From Cyanophyceae cyanobacterium (GTDB lineage Bacteria; Cyanobacteriota; Cyanobacteriia; Cyanobacteriales; Laspinemataceae): DNA of 64,000 nucleotides. The notes below the pieces were generated by a model that had not been told where the DNA came from, made no database searches, and saw only the letters and a list, made by a program, of their open reading frames with translations. The number at the start of each line of letters is the position of its first letter. Position 1 is the stretch's first letter. Shown one piece after another: positions 10,909 through 20,750 of this stretch. Both the position numbers and the translations under genes were made by a program. The stretch is from positions 32,001 through 96,000 of the forward strand of contig JBBQFN010000010.1 of the NCBI GenBank assembly GCA_038321985.1, in the 5' to 3' direction.

Positions 10909-12069
10909 TTACTTGCCGAAATTTAATTCCTGCAAGCGGGATAAGGTGCGTTGATTTTCCTCGGGGGTGCCGACAGTAATTCGCAAACCGCCCCCCGTGT
11001 GACGAATCAGAGTCCCCTGAGCGTTAAGTTCCTGGGTGATCCGAGTCAGAGTAGCGGCGATCGCCTCCGTCGGGGTGAGATCCGGGCGCAGGTAAATAAA
11101 GTTAGCTGCACTCGGATAAACTCGAAACCTTTGCAATTGCTGCAATCCCTCAATTAAGCGCTGACGCTCCGTTAAAGTTTCGGGAATCGTGCTCAGGAGT
11201 TCGTGGCGATGGGCGATCGCCAAGGTAGCGGCGATTTGGGAGAAAGCGGGGAGGTTGTAAGGCAGGCGGACTTTTTCCAGGGTCGCCGTGAGTTCCGGAT
11301 GGGCGATCGCATATCCCACCCGCAGGGCCGCTAACCGAAACGCCTTGGAAAAGGTCCGCATAATCACCCAATTCGGATGGTGGAGTAACTCACTCACTAC
11401 GCTAGTCTGACTAAATTCAAAATACGCCTCGTCGATCGCCACCAAAATATGGGGAGGTAGACTGCGAATCCAATTGAGTTCAGCAGGGGTTAAAGCGTTG
11501 GCTGTGGGGGAGTTGGGATGGACCACGAATACCACCCGCACTGGGGGATTTTGGGTGTTGGTGATTGCCGCTTGGGCCCCTGGGATATCGATTTCAAAGT
11601 TAACCTCGTTACGTCCGACCTCCACTACCGGAATACCCAGGGTTTGGGCTAAAATTCCATACATGGAAAAGGTGGGATGTGCCACGAGAACGGACCCTTC
11701 TCCCCCAAGGCAAGTGGCAATGAGTAACGAGCGAATCAGTTCATCGGATCCATTGCCGAGGGAGATATGGGTCTCACAGAGGGGTGAACTTGGCAGTTGC
11801 ACCGATTCGTTGACATACTCGGCGATCGCCTGCTTTAACGAGGCATGACTCCCATCAGGATAGCGATTGGTTTCAATCTCCTGTTGATAGGTCCAGGCCA
11901 GCTTTTCTTTGAGCGCCGCAGGCAAATCGTAGGGACTTTCATTCGTATCCACCCGATCAAGTTGGGCAGGCTTCCCCCTGGGGGAATCGATAGCGCTGCC
12001 GGGGTGGGGAGTATAGGCAATCAGTTTAGATAAATCTGAGCGGATAAAACTCAGCATAGAATTGTACAA
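10909..12069 (-). CDS. hisC: Histidinol-phosphate aminotransferase
   Basis: [52 protein letters not shown]-lysine motif. Confidence 0.93.
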   Translation of the reverse strand: MYNSMLSFIRSDLSKLIAYTPHPGSAIDSPRGKPAQLDRVDTNESPYDLPAALKEKLAWTYQQEIETNRYPDGSHASLKQAIAEYVNESVQLPSSPLCETHISLGNGSDELIRSLLIATCLGGEGSVLVAHPTFSMYGILAQTLGIPVVEVGRNEVNFEIDIPGAQAAITNTQNPPVRVVFVVHPNSPTANALTPAELNWIRSLPPHILVAIDEAYFEFSQTSVVSELLHHPNWVIMRTFSKAFRLAALRVGYAIAHPELTATLEKVRLPYNLPAFSQIAATLAIAHRHELLSTIPETLTERQRLIEGLQQLQRFRVYPSAANFIYLRPDLTPTEAIAATLTRITQELNAQGTLIRHTGGGLRITVGTPEENQRTLSRLQELNFGK

Positions 12070-12547
12070 CCACTACAAAGCCGTAATTGGGTGACAAGCA
12101 CCACTGTCTTTAGTATGGTTGTTTGGGTCAACTTCAGGCAATAGGCTTTTGTTCACAGAGGCGTTTTGGGGTTAGGAAGCGGCAACCAAGGCATCACGGA
12201 CAACCGCGCGATCGCCCCACTTTCCATCCTCCCATGTGGATTGTTTTAACATTTCATGGCATCAATCAGTTAGGCTAAACTCTATTCAATCGTTGTCTAG
12301 GAGCCTAACCCTTGCATAAATACTCTAAAATGTTAAGGGGATAGGAAAAGACAATTCTCCCCTGACCTGGAGTGGTAGATCCCCTTTAGGTAACTGGGTC
12401 GGACCTTACCCTCAGAAAGATAAACCGGGCTTGAACAGACAACTTCGGAGGTAACCGGGCCAAACCCCTGATTTTCCCTCCGTTAGGTATGTTATTGTGA
12501 ACGTTGACAATTTCGACAAATGCAAGTACGCGAGACGGGGACTGACT

Positions 12548-13651
12548 GTGGAAAAAATTAAACTAGCGATTGTAGGCGTTGGTAACTGTGCTAGCTCTTT
12601 GGTACAGGGAATTTACTTTTATAAAGATAAGACTTCTGAAGAAGCGATCGGGTTAATGCACTGGGATATTGGCGGCTATAAACCGAATGATATCGATGTC
12701 GTGGTGGCTTTTGATATTGACCGCCGAAAAGTCGGCCAAGATGTCTCTAAAGCTATATTTTCCGAACCCAATTGTACGACAGTTTTTTGTGAAGACGTTC
12801 CCGAAATTGGCGTTAAAGTCAGCATGGGAAGAATTCTCGATGGTGTCTCCGAACATCTAGTCAATTATGCAGACAAATATACTTTCCTCCCGAGCGATGC
12901 TCCAGAACCAACCCGAGATGATGTCATTGCTATTTTAAAAGAATCAGGCACTCAAGTTTTAGTCAATTACCTCCCCGTTGGGTCGGAAGAAGCCACGAGT
13001 TTTTATGCAGAATGCTGTCTGGAAGCAGGGGTTGCTTTTGTTAACTGCATTCCCGTCTTTATTGCTAGCAATCAGTTGTGGGCGGATAAGTTTGAATCCC
13101 GCAATATCCCCATCGTAGGAGATGATATTAAATCCCAACTGGGGGCAACAATTGTTCACCGGATGATTACTGATCTGGCCAAAAAAAGAGGGGTGAAAGT
13201 AGAGCGAACCTATCAGCTCAACACCGCTGGAAATACAGATTTCCTAAATATGTTAAATCGCACCCGCTTAAAGTCTAAAAAAGAATCCAAGACCGAAGCG
13301 GTCCAGTCGGTCTGTGAAACTAGACTAGAGGATGAAAATATTCACGTGGGGCCGAGTGATTACGTCCCCTGGCAGAAGGATAATAAAGTTTGTTTTATCC
13401 GAGTGGAAGGCAAACTGTTCGGGGATGTGCCGATGAACATTGAAATGCGCCTCTCCGTCGAGGATTCGCCCAACTCGGCTGGGGTGGCGATCGATGCAAT
13501 TCGCTGCTGTAAATTAGCCCTAGATCGGGGCAAAGGTGGGGTGTTATATTCTCCGGCTTCCTATTTCATGAAGCATCCACCTAAACAATATCCGGATGGG
13601 GATGCCTACCGGATGACCGAGGAGTTTATTAACGGATTTAGAGAGTATTAA
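12548..13651 (+). CDS. ino1: myo-Inositol-1-phosphate synthase, bacterial/archaeal type (probable GTG start at 12548; ORF open from 12497)
   Basis: IVGVGNCASSLVQG Rossmann motif, NYLPVGS, GDDIKSQLGAT, QLNTAGNTDFLN, SKKESKT, EDSPNSAGVAIDAIR. Confidence 0.95.
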   Translation: MEKIKLAIVGVGNCASSLVQGIYFYKDKTSEEAIGLMHWDIGGYKPNDIDVVVAFDIDRRKVGQDVSKAIFSEPNCTTVFCEDVPEIGVKVSMGRILDGVSEHLVNYADKYTFLPSDAPEPTRDDVIAILKESGTQVLVNYLPVGSEEATSFYAECCLEAGVAFVNCIPVFIASNQLWADKFESRNIPIVGDDIKSQLGATIVHRMITDLAKKRGVKVERTYQLNTAGNTDFLNMLNRTRLKSKKESKTEAVQSVCETRLEDENIHVGPSDYVPWQKDNKVCFIRVEGKLFGDVPMNIEMRLSVEDSPNSAGVAIDAIRCCKLALDRGKGGVLYSPASYFMKHPPKQYPDGDAYRMTEEFINGFREY

Positions 13652-13662
13652 TTAACTTTCTA

Positions 13663-13698
13663 ATCGCCTCATTCTTCAGGAGTGAGGCGATATTTTTT
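13663..13698 (+). terminator. Intrinsic terminator after ino1
   Basis: ATCGCCTCATTC/GAGTGAGGCGAT stem followed by ATTTTTT. Confidence 0.7.
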
Positions 13699-13762
13699 AG
13701 AGAACCCGTTCTAACCTAAAAAATTTCCTAACTGTCTCCCAAACTCTTGTCTAAATTGTTGA

Positions 13763-14635
13763 ATGTTTGACGTTTGTGTGATTGGTCATGTTACTCAAGA
13801 TAGGATTATAATTGATGGAAAAATCGAACGCGAAATGGCTGGAGGGACGGCAATTTATACAGCCTTAGCTTTAAAAGCATTGGGCTTAAAGGTGGCCGTC
13901 TTAACTAAGACCTCTCGCCAGGACCGCAGGCGTCTGTTAGAAGAATTAGAAACTCAGGGAATTGCCATATTTTGGATTGAAAGCCCGGAAACTACTCAAT
14001 TTGACAATATCTATCAGCGCGATCGCCTGGATAGTCGTCAACAACGAGTACAGGCAGTCGCCGCCCCCTTCACTCCACCAGACTTAGGTCAAATTCAAGC
14101 CCGAATCTTTCATCTGGGCGCACTCACCAATCAGGAGATGTCTCTGGAATTTCTGCAAGCTGTTTTTGCAACAAAAGCCTTAATTTCTTTAGATGGACAA
14201 GGGTTTTTGCGGCAAGTCAGCAACCAAACTGTTCAGGCAGCTGACTGGACAGAAAAACTACCCGGACTAGCTGGGGTAGATATTTTGAAAGTGGATATCC
14301 AAGAGGCACAACTGCTATCCGGAGAAAATGCCATAGAACCGGCGGCGATCGCCCTCAGTAATTGGGGAGTTCGAGAAGTTTTAATCACCGCCGCGAGTCT
14401 CGGGTCCTGGATTTATCAATCCGGTACTCTTGAAAAAATTCCGGCCTTTGCACCTACTACGGCTGTCGATCCAACCGGGTGTGGAGATACCTACATCGCT
14501 GGTTATTTATATTCTCGATTAACCGGAAAAACAAGCGGTGGCGCGGGCAAATTTGCCGCCCAAGTGGCTACCCGCAAACTCGAAAAATTCGGTCCGATTC
14601 GGGAGTGGGAAACTCCCGAATCAATCCCGGGTTAA
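13763..14635 (+). CDS. PfkB/ribokinase-family sugar kinase, possibly a myo-inositol kinase
   Basis: GHVTQD...GGTAIYTA N-terminal motif; DPTGCGDTYIAGY anion-hole motif; adjacent to ino1. Confidence 0.85.
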   Translation: MFDVCVIGHVTQDRIIIDGKIEREMAGGTAIYTALALKALGLKVAVLTKTSRQDRRRLLEELETQGIAIFWIESPETTQFDNIYQRDRLDSRQQRVQAVAAPFTPPDLGQIQARIFHLGALTNQEMSLEFLQAVFATKALISLDGQGFLRQVSNQTVQAADWTEKLPGLAGVDILKVDIQEAQLLSGENAIEPAAIALSNWGVREVLITAASLGSWIYQSGTLEKIPAFAPTTAVDPTGCGDTYIAGYLYSRLTGKTSGGAGKFAAQVATRKLEKFGPIREWETPESIPG

Positions 14636-14698
14636 AAATATTGTGGCGATTAACAAATCGACAGATTAGCTAATCTGTCGGTTTGGTTTCCTCAAATC

Positions 14699-15307
14699 TT
14701 ACGAAACCCCCATTCCCGATGAGTCCTCGACCGGATGCGTGACCCGATAAACATGAATAATCCGCTGTAAACTGGTTAATAAACTGGCGATCGCCAAGAC
14801 CGATAACGCCACAGGCAACTGATCCACAATTAAACCGAGCGCCATCACAATCACCCGGGGGAGTCGGGGAAACCACCCCACCTTGCACTCAATCTTCAAT
14901 CCTTCCGCCCGAGCACGAGTATAACTGACCATCTGTGACCCCAGCAGGGCCAACAGACAAATCGGAATCGACGGATACTCTTGACGCTGGATTAATAAAA
15001 TTGTGATGCCAATTAAAATAGCCCCTTCCGAAAATCGGTCTAAGACGGAATCAAAAAACGCCCCAAACGCATTCTGTTGATTGAGTAAGCGAGCAAGGGT
15101 CCCATCGATCGCATCTAGGGGCATCGCGATCAATCCCATTAATAATCCCCCCCACAACGGTTGATTATTGGCGATTACCCCTGCCGCCAAAATATTCAAC
15201 AACAAGCTCAACAGTGTAATAGTATTGGCAGAAATGCCCAGTTTTGCCAGCCCCTTAGCAATGGGTTCAATGATAAATTTCGTGCGATCGCGCGCCCAAG
15301 TCTCCAC
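14699..15307 (-). CDS. CDP-alcohol phosphatidyltransferase, phosphatidylinositol-phosphate-synthase-like
   Basis: DAIDGTLAR...GAFFDSVLD signature; ANTIT; SQMVSYTRARAEGL...VG motif typical of the PIP/AIP synthase clade; about 6 TM helices. Confidence 0.88.
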   Translation of the reverse strand: METWARDRTKFIIEPIAKGLAKLGISANTITLLSLLLNILAAGVIANNQPLWGGLLMGLIAMPLDAIDGTLARLLNQQNAFGAFFDSVLDRFSEGAILIGITILLIQRQEYPSIPICLLALLGSQMVSYTRARAEGLKIECKVGWFPRLPRVIVMALGLIVDQLPVALSVLAIASLLTSLQRIIHVYRVTHPVEDSSGMGVS

Positions 15308-15418
15308 AACTATTAACCCTTTAGACTGAATTTTGATTTAGCTATGTTAACCTTACAAGCTAAATTCCGGCGAACACGGGGACGGATATAAGGATCAAAG
15401 ATGCAATACCCCCTGTTC

Positions 15419-15503
15419 GTAGTAACGCCTTTAGTCGTTATCTGGGTTTGGTAGTAACGCCTTTAGTCGTTATCTGGGTTTGGTAGTAACGCCTTTAGTC
15501 GTT
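15419..15503 (+). repeat. Tandem 32-bp repeat (2.7 copies) containing a GTAG-REP hairpin
   Basis: GTAGTAACGCCTTTAGTCGTTATCTGGGTTTG at 15419 and 15451; partial copy at 15483. Confidence 0.9.
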
Positions 15504-15581
15504 CCCCCTAACCCCCACCCCCCCTCCAATCAAAACCGATCGCGTTTACCCTAGATGTTGACTTAACCCTAAAACCCGATT

Positions 15582-16427
15582 ATGACTCAGACGGATCATA
15601 TCGTTTCTGCCGAATGGCTATTCCAACACCTAGACGATCCGCACATCGCGATCGCTGATTGTCGCTTTTCCCTCGCCGATCCTGAACTCGGACAACAACA
15701 ATATCTGCATAACCATATTCCCGGTGCTCACTATCTGCACCTCAATCGTGATTTATCTTCCCCAGTCGCACAACATGGAGGACGGCACCCCCTGCCGAAC
15801 CCAGAAACCTTCGCCCAAACATTAGCGGCAGTCGGGGTCACCTCTCCAGACGTATTACTCGTGGTTTATGATGACTCCCGATTCGCCTTTGCTGCCCGAC
15901 TCTGGTGGTTAATGCGCTATCTGGGACACGATCGCGTTGCCATTTTAGATGGTGGATTTAAAGGATGGCAGTCTGCCGGATATCCCCTCACGGATACCAT
16001 TCCTAGACCCAGGGAAGGAACCTTTCTCCCGCAAATCCGCAGCGATCGCCTTGTGGATATCGAGACGGTCAAAACCCGGTCCCCCTTGCCCGAAGTTGCC
16101 CTCATCGATTCCCGAGAACGCGATCGCTACCTCGGCAACCATGAACCTATCGACCCGATCGCCGGTCACATTCCCGGTGCTCTCAACTACCCTTGGCAAG
16201 AAGTCACCGACGAGAACGCCCAAGTCAGACCCCCCAAGGAACAAGTTCAACGTTGGACGGATCTTGCCGGTTCCGAAGAAATTATTGTCTATTGCGGGTC
16301 TGGTGTCACCGCCTGCGTTAATCTCCTCTCCCTGGAAATGGCGGGCATTCCCAACGCCAAACTCTATGCCGGAAGCTGGAGTGACTGGTGTTCCTACCAG
16401 AGAGAGGATTCATCCCCCAACACTTGA
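15582..16427 (+). CDS. sseA: Tandem-domain rhodanese / 3-mercaptopyruvate sulfurtransferase
   Basis: HIPGA twice, GRHPLP, AARLWW, YCGSGVTAC active site, LYAGSWSDW. Confidence 0.9.
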   Translation: MTQTDHIVSAEWLFQHLDDPHIAIADCRFSLADPELGQQQYLHNHIPGAHYLHLNRDLSSPVAQHGGRHPLPNPETFAQTLAAVGVTSPDVLLVVYDDSRFAFAARLWWLMRYLGHDRVAILDGGFKGWQSAGYPLTDTIPRPREGTFLPQIRSDRLVDIETVKTRSPLPEVALIDSRERDRYLGNHEPIDPIAGHIPGALNYPWQEVTDENAQVRPPKEQVQRWTDLAGSEEIIVYCGSGVTACVNLLSLEMAGIPNAKLYAGSWSDWCSYQREDSSPNT

Positions 16428-16504
16428 ACCTCACCTACCTCTGGATTTCTTGCACCACTGAATGTCAAAATAAAGCTAAATTAGCCTCAAAACTGAACAG
16501 AATT

Positions 16505-17254
16505 ATGACCATGATTCCTGCCTTAGACCGTGCCTTTCAACAAGGACGTGCCTTAAAAATTATCACCGGACTGACCAACTTTGACGCCGATCGCGTTGCT
16601 ACCGTGGTTCGGGCCGCCGATCGCGGGGGTGCTACCTTCGTAGATATTGCCGCTGATCCGGCCTTAGTCAAATTAGCCAAACAGTTGACAAATTTACCAA
16701 TTTGTGTATCAGCAGTGGAACCGGCAAAATTTCTGGCCTGTGTAGAAGCCGGTGCCGATTTAATTGAAATTGGTAACTTTGATGCCTTCTATGCAATGGG
16801 ACGGCGCTTTGAAGCAGCCGAAGTGCTGCAACTGACAAGGGAAACCCGCGCCTTACTGCCGAATATCATCCTTTCTGTCACCGTTCCCCATATTTTAGAA
16901 CTGAATCAGCAAGTGGATCTGGCTGAGGAATTGGTGAAAGCGGGTGCAGATATCATCCAAACTGAAGGCGGCACCAGCAGCAATCCGATTCACCCCGGGA
17001 TTTTAGGGGCGATCGAAAAAGCAGCACCCACTCTGGCAGCCGCCTCCGCTATTTCCCGGGCAGTTTCTGTACCCGTGCTCTGCGCCTCGGGGATTTCTAC
17101 CGTAACCGCACCGATGGCGATCGCTGCTGGTGCCGCTGGGGTTGGGGTTGGTTCGGCAATTAACCGTTTGAATAACGAACTCGCGGCGATCGCTGGGGTC
17201 AAGAGTTTAGTGGAAGCCTTATCCACTGTTAGCCGTTCCACCATCCACGTCTAA
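16505..17254 (+). CDS. ycf23: DUF561 / Ycf23 family TIM-barrel protein
   Basis: ALKIITGLTNFD, GGATFVDIAADP, EIGNFDAFY, IQTEGGTSS. Confidence 0.88.
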   Translation: MTMIPALDRAFQQGRALKIITGLTNFDADRVATVVRAADRGGATFVDIAADPALVKLAKQLTNLPICVSAVEPAKFLACVEAGADLIEIGNFDAFYAMGRRFEAAEVLQLTRETRALLPNIILSVTVPHILELNQQVDLAEELVKAGADIIQTEGGTSSNPIHPGILGAIEKAAPTLAAASAISRAVSVPVLCASGISTVTAPMAIAAGAAGVGVGSAINRLNNELAAIAGVKSLVEALSTVSRSTIHV

Positions 17255-17310
17255 TTGGGGGTTTAGTTTGGCTAGACACTAGGGTTTTTAGCGGAATTAA
17301 AAACTGAAGA

Positions 17311-17460
17311 AACGACTAAAGTCGTTACTACGAACGGAAGAAAGGACTAAAGTTGTTCCGGGATGTTTGTAGTAACGACTTTAGTCGTTAGTCCTGAGGA
17401 CAAACGGCAGAAAGGACTAAAGTTGTTCCGGGATGTTTGTAGTAACGACTTTAGTCGTTA
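17311..17460. repeat. Cluster of GTAG-REP hairpins including a 52-bp direct repeat (70-bp period)
   Basis: GTAGTAACGACTTTAGTCGTT(A) at 17369 and 17439, inverted copy at 17311-17331; 17339-17390 identical to 17409-17460. Confidence 0.9.
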
Positions 17461-17572
17461 TCCCCTCCCCCTGTCAAAAGTAGCCACCTTAATTTAGGTA
17501 GGTTAAAACTGATTTAAAACCACACAACTTCCGGTTTTAAATGTCAAGCACTTTACGTCCCAAATCCGCCCC

Positions 17573-20056
17573 ATGCTTACTGAGTCTTCTCAACCCCCCA
17601 TACCGCCACCCATGAACCCTCTTCCCTTGAGACGCCAGATGATCCAATCCTTGGGGAAATTTCGCCTCCACACCGTCTTAGTAGTTCCGTTTGTTATTCC
17701 CATCTTAGTTTCAACCGGATTAGTCGGGTGGCTGTCGTTTCGGAGTGGACAGCGATCGGTGAATGAACTCGCGAGTCAACTACGGGGAGAAATTGCGCTG
17801 CGGGTGAGAGAAGAGGTTGGGCGATATTTGGATCGGCCCCACTTGGTGCATCACCTCAACGCCCAGGTGTTTCGTCAAAATGGAATTGATTTAGAGGACC
17901 CAGAAGTGCTTCTGGAGTATTTTTGGGCGCAAAGTCGAGAGTTTTTGGACTTAGGGACGATCGCCTATGCCAATGATCAAGGGGAGTTTGTGGGGGTTAA
18001 CCCGTTAGAGAATTACCTAGTATTGTCTAATGATGAAACCGGCAGGAGTTTGCAACGCTATGCCGCAAGCGATCGAGGGGAACCGAGAGAATTGATCCGG
18101 GAACGTCCTAATTATGATGCGCGCACTCGATCTTGGTATCAAGCGGCAGTGACTGCGGGGAAGGCAACTTGGACAGAGATCGAAGCCAGTGCGATCGGGC
18201 AACGGCTTGATATTTCTGCCGTATATCCAGTTTATGACCGCGATCAAACTTTTCTGGGGGTACTGTTATGGGATATCCCCCTCTCAGGAATCAACCAATT
18301 TTTAGAAACCCTTAAGATTGGCAAAACCGGTGAAGCATTTATCGTTGAACGAAATGGTTTACTCGTTGCTACCTCCACGCAACAATCGACGTTGATCCCG
18401 GGACTCGATGGGGCCGAACCTCAGCGTCTCCCAGCAGCACAGAGTCAGAATCCTCAACTCAATGCATCTCTGAATGAGTTAATCACTGAGTTCGGATCTT
18501 TGAATAATATTAAGCAATCTCAGAGTGTGGAATTTTCCCGGGAAGGCGCACGTTACTTTTTGCAAGTCATGCCTTTTCAAGACGATCGCGGGATCGATTG
18601 GCTGATTTTAGTAGCCATACCGGAAGCGGATTTCATGGAGGAAATTCATCAGAATACTCAGCGAACGGTGTTTCTATGTTTGCTAGCCCTAATTCTCTCA
18701 GTTTCCTGTGGAATTGCGATCGCCCAATGGATTTTGCGGCCTATTCTTCGGGTTACGCGATCGTCGGAAGAAATCGCCAACGGCCAACTTGATCGCCAAG
18801 TTTATGCCCGAGGGATTATTGAACTCGAAACACTGGCCGACTCGTTTAACCGGATGGTGGTTCAGCTTAAAGCCTCATTTAACGCTTTAGAACAGGCCAA
18901 TCATGAGCTGGTCCTTCACCAAGAAGAATTAGCCTTATCTAAAGAACAGCTTGAGGCAGTTTTAAATGCGGTTCCCGGTTCGATTTCTTGGATTAATTCT
19001 AGTGGCACTTATCTGGGAGCTAACCGTTATCTAGCCGAAAGTCTCAATTTATCCCCCGAAGAAATAATCGGTAAACAAATTGGTTTTGCCCAAAACAGTC
19101 ACGAATATGCTGATTTTATAAAGAAGTTTTTAACAAGCTCCGACCAGTCTGCTTCCCAGGAGATTTCTATCCAGATCAATGGAAAGACCCGCTATTATTT
19201 AATGGTGGTTCAGAAGTATCAACAAGCCACAGCAACGGTTTCTGTGGGTATTGATATTAGCGAATGGCGGTATGCTCAAGAAGAAAGTGAAAAGTTGAAA
19301 TCCGAAAATATTCGGATGAGCGCCGAACTGGAAGTCACCCAACAACTCCAAAGAATGCTGTTACCAAAACTGGAGGAGTTAGCCGCCCTGGATGGGTTAG
19401 AAATTGCAGCATTTATGGAAAGTGCAGAGGAAGTGGGCGGGGATTATTACGACGTTCTTAATTATGAGGGAGTAGTAACGATCGCAATCGGTGATGTTAC
19501 CGGACATGGACTCGAAAGCGGTATCCTCATGGTCATGACCCAAACTGCGGTCCGTACCCTCACCGAGAGTGGAGAAGTGGACCCCGTGAGGTTTTTAGAT
19601 ACCCTTAATCGCACGATTTACAACAATGTGCAGCGGATGAATACGGATAAAAATCTCACTTTAGCTATGTTAAACTATAGTCAGGGTCAAGTGAGTATCA
19701 GCGGACAACATGAGGAAATTATTGTCGTTCGTGCGGATGGAACCATTGAGCGGGTGGATACAATGGATCTAGGGTTACCCATCGGGTTAGATGAAGACAT
19801 TGCTCAGTTTATTGATCATATTTCTATTGAACTGAAATCAGGAGATGGCTTAGTGGTTTACACCGATGGAATTACTGAAGCAAAAAACCGACAAAAGCAA
19901 CGATATGGAGTGCAACATCTGTGTGATATCATCAGTCAAAATTGGCAAAAGCCCGTTGGCGAGATTCAACAAGAGGTGATTGAAGATGTCCGGGAGTACA
20001 TCGACGGTCAAAAATTATTAGACGATATGACCTTGGTGGTCATCAAGCAAAAATAG
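17573..20056 (+). CDS. Membrane PP2C/SpoIIE Ser/Thr phosphatase (TM-Cache-TM-HAMP-PAS-SpoIIE)
   Basis: YDARTRSWY Cache motif, HAMP, EVGGDYYD, IGDVTGHG, YTDGITEA, DDMTLVVIK. Confidence 0.92.
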   Translation: MLTESSQPPIPPPMNPLPLRRQMIQSLGKFRLHTVLVVPFVIPILVSTGLVGWLSFRSGQRSVNELASQLRGEIALRVREEVGRYLDRPHLVHHLNAQVFRQNGIDLEDPEVLLEYFWAQSREFLDLGTIAYANDQGEFVGVNPLENYLVLSNDETGRSLQRYAASDRGEPRELIRERPNYDARTRSWYQAAVTAGKATWTEIEASAIGQRLDISAVYPVYDRDQTFLGVLLWDIPLSGINQFLETLKIGKTGEAFIVERNGLLVATSTQQSTLIPGLDGAEPQRLPAAQSQNPQLNASLNELITEFGSLNNIKQSQSVEFSREGARYFLQVMPFQDDRGIDWLILVAIPEADFMEEIHQNTQRTVFLCLLALILSVSCGIAIAQWILRPILRVTRSSEEIANGQLDRQVYARGIIELETLADSFNRMVVQLKASFNALEQANHELVLHQEELALSKEQLEAVLNAVPGSISWINSSGTYLGANRYLAESLNLSPEEIIGKQIGFAQNSHEYADFIKKFLTSSDQSASQEISIQINGKTRYYLMVVQKYQQATATVSVGIDISEWRYAQEESEKLKSENIRMSAELEVTQQLQRMLLPKLEELAALDGLEIAAFMESAEEVGGDYYDVLNYEGVVTIAIGDVTGHGLESGILMVMTQTAVRTLTESGEVDPVRFLDTLNRTIYNNVQRMNTDKNLTLAMLNYSQGQVSISGQHEEIIVVRADGTIERVDTMDLGLPIGLDEDIAQFIDHISIELKSGDGLVVYTDGITEAKNRQKQRYGVQHLCDIISQNWQKPVGEIQQEVIEDVREYIDGQKLLDDMTLVVIKQK

Positions 20057-20079
20057 GGGAGAAAGGAGTCAGGACTGTT

Positions 20080-20670
20080 ATGTGTGAAATATTTGGAGAG
20101 TATCTTGATGATTTACCTCCCGGCCATGATTATTTAGACATTGGCTTTTCCGCTAATTCTCGCCCCATTAAAGACCGCTGGAGAAATAATTTACTATCGG
20201 CTTATTTTGTGGCCGATTATTTGTCTACTTTTTTGCCCATTGATGATAAGGACCCCCAGGGTAAACGCCGCAAAGAAGACTACAAGGGTTCAGTGAGCTA
20301 TATTGCCAATGAACTGTTAGAAAATACTATGAAGTTTCATAGTCCCTCTGATGAATATCCGGTCAGATTTGGGATTCATTTTTTAGAAGTTCCGGAGATA
20401 AAAATTGTTTTGATGTCTAGAAATACTGTAACCTTGGAAACAGGCGATCGCTTTAAAGCCTTTATTCAGGAACTGCTATCCTCAGACCCCCAAGACTTAT
20501 ACTTGCTGCATCTGGAACAGAATGCGGAAGAGGAAAACAGTCAAAAATCAGGGTTGGGATTTCTAACCATGATTAATGACTACTCCGCCAAGCTAGGCTG
20601 GAAATTCGAGACTATCTCGGATAATCCTGTGCTCATTTTGGCAACGACTCTAGTCCAAATTCCTTTATAA
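20080..20670 (+). CDS. Slr1658-family GHKL-like kinase / anti-sigma-factor-like regulator
   Basis: RWRNNLLSAYFVADY, ANELLENTMKF N-box, SGLGFLTMINDY G-box. Confidence 0.8.
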   Translation: MCEIFGEYLDDLPPGHDYLDIGFSANSRPIKDRWRNNLLSAYFVADYLSTFLPIDDKDPQGKRRKEDYKGSVSYIANELLENTMKFHSPSDEYPVRFGIHFLEVPEIKIVLMSRNTVTLETGDRFKAFIQELLSSDPQDLYLLHLEQNAEEENSQKSGLGFLTMINDYSAKLGWKFETISDNPVLILATTLVQIPL

Positions 20671-20750
20671 ATTTAAGAAGGGGTTTAAATAGTGACGAAT
20701 CGAGTTGAGGTAAACTTTAAGCAGAGGACCTGCTTGGGAGGCAGCAGAAG

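Noticed and set aside
12300..12547. Riboswitch in the ino1 leader
   Set aside because: Some GC-rich segments, but no recognisable aptamer consensus or convincing nested stems.
15419..15503. Possible mini CRISPR array
   Set aside because: The intervening sequences are identical and only 11 nt long, and no cas genes are present; it is a tandem REP repeat.
17311..17460. Possible CRISPR array (70-bp period)
   Set aside because: Only two direct copies with a largely duplicated 'spacer', plus an inverted copy; this fits a REP/BIME cluster.
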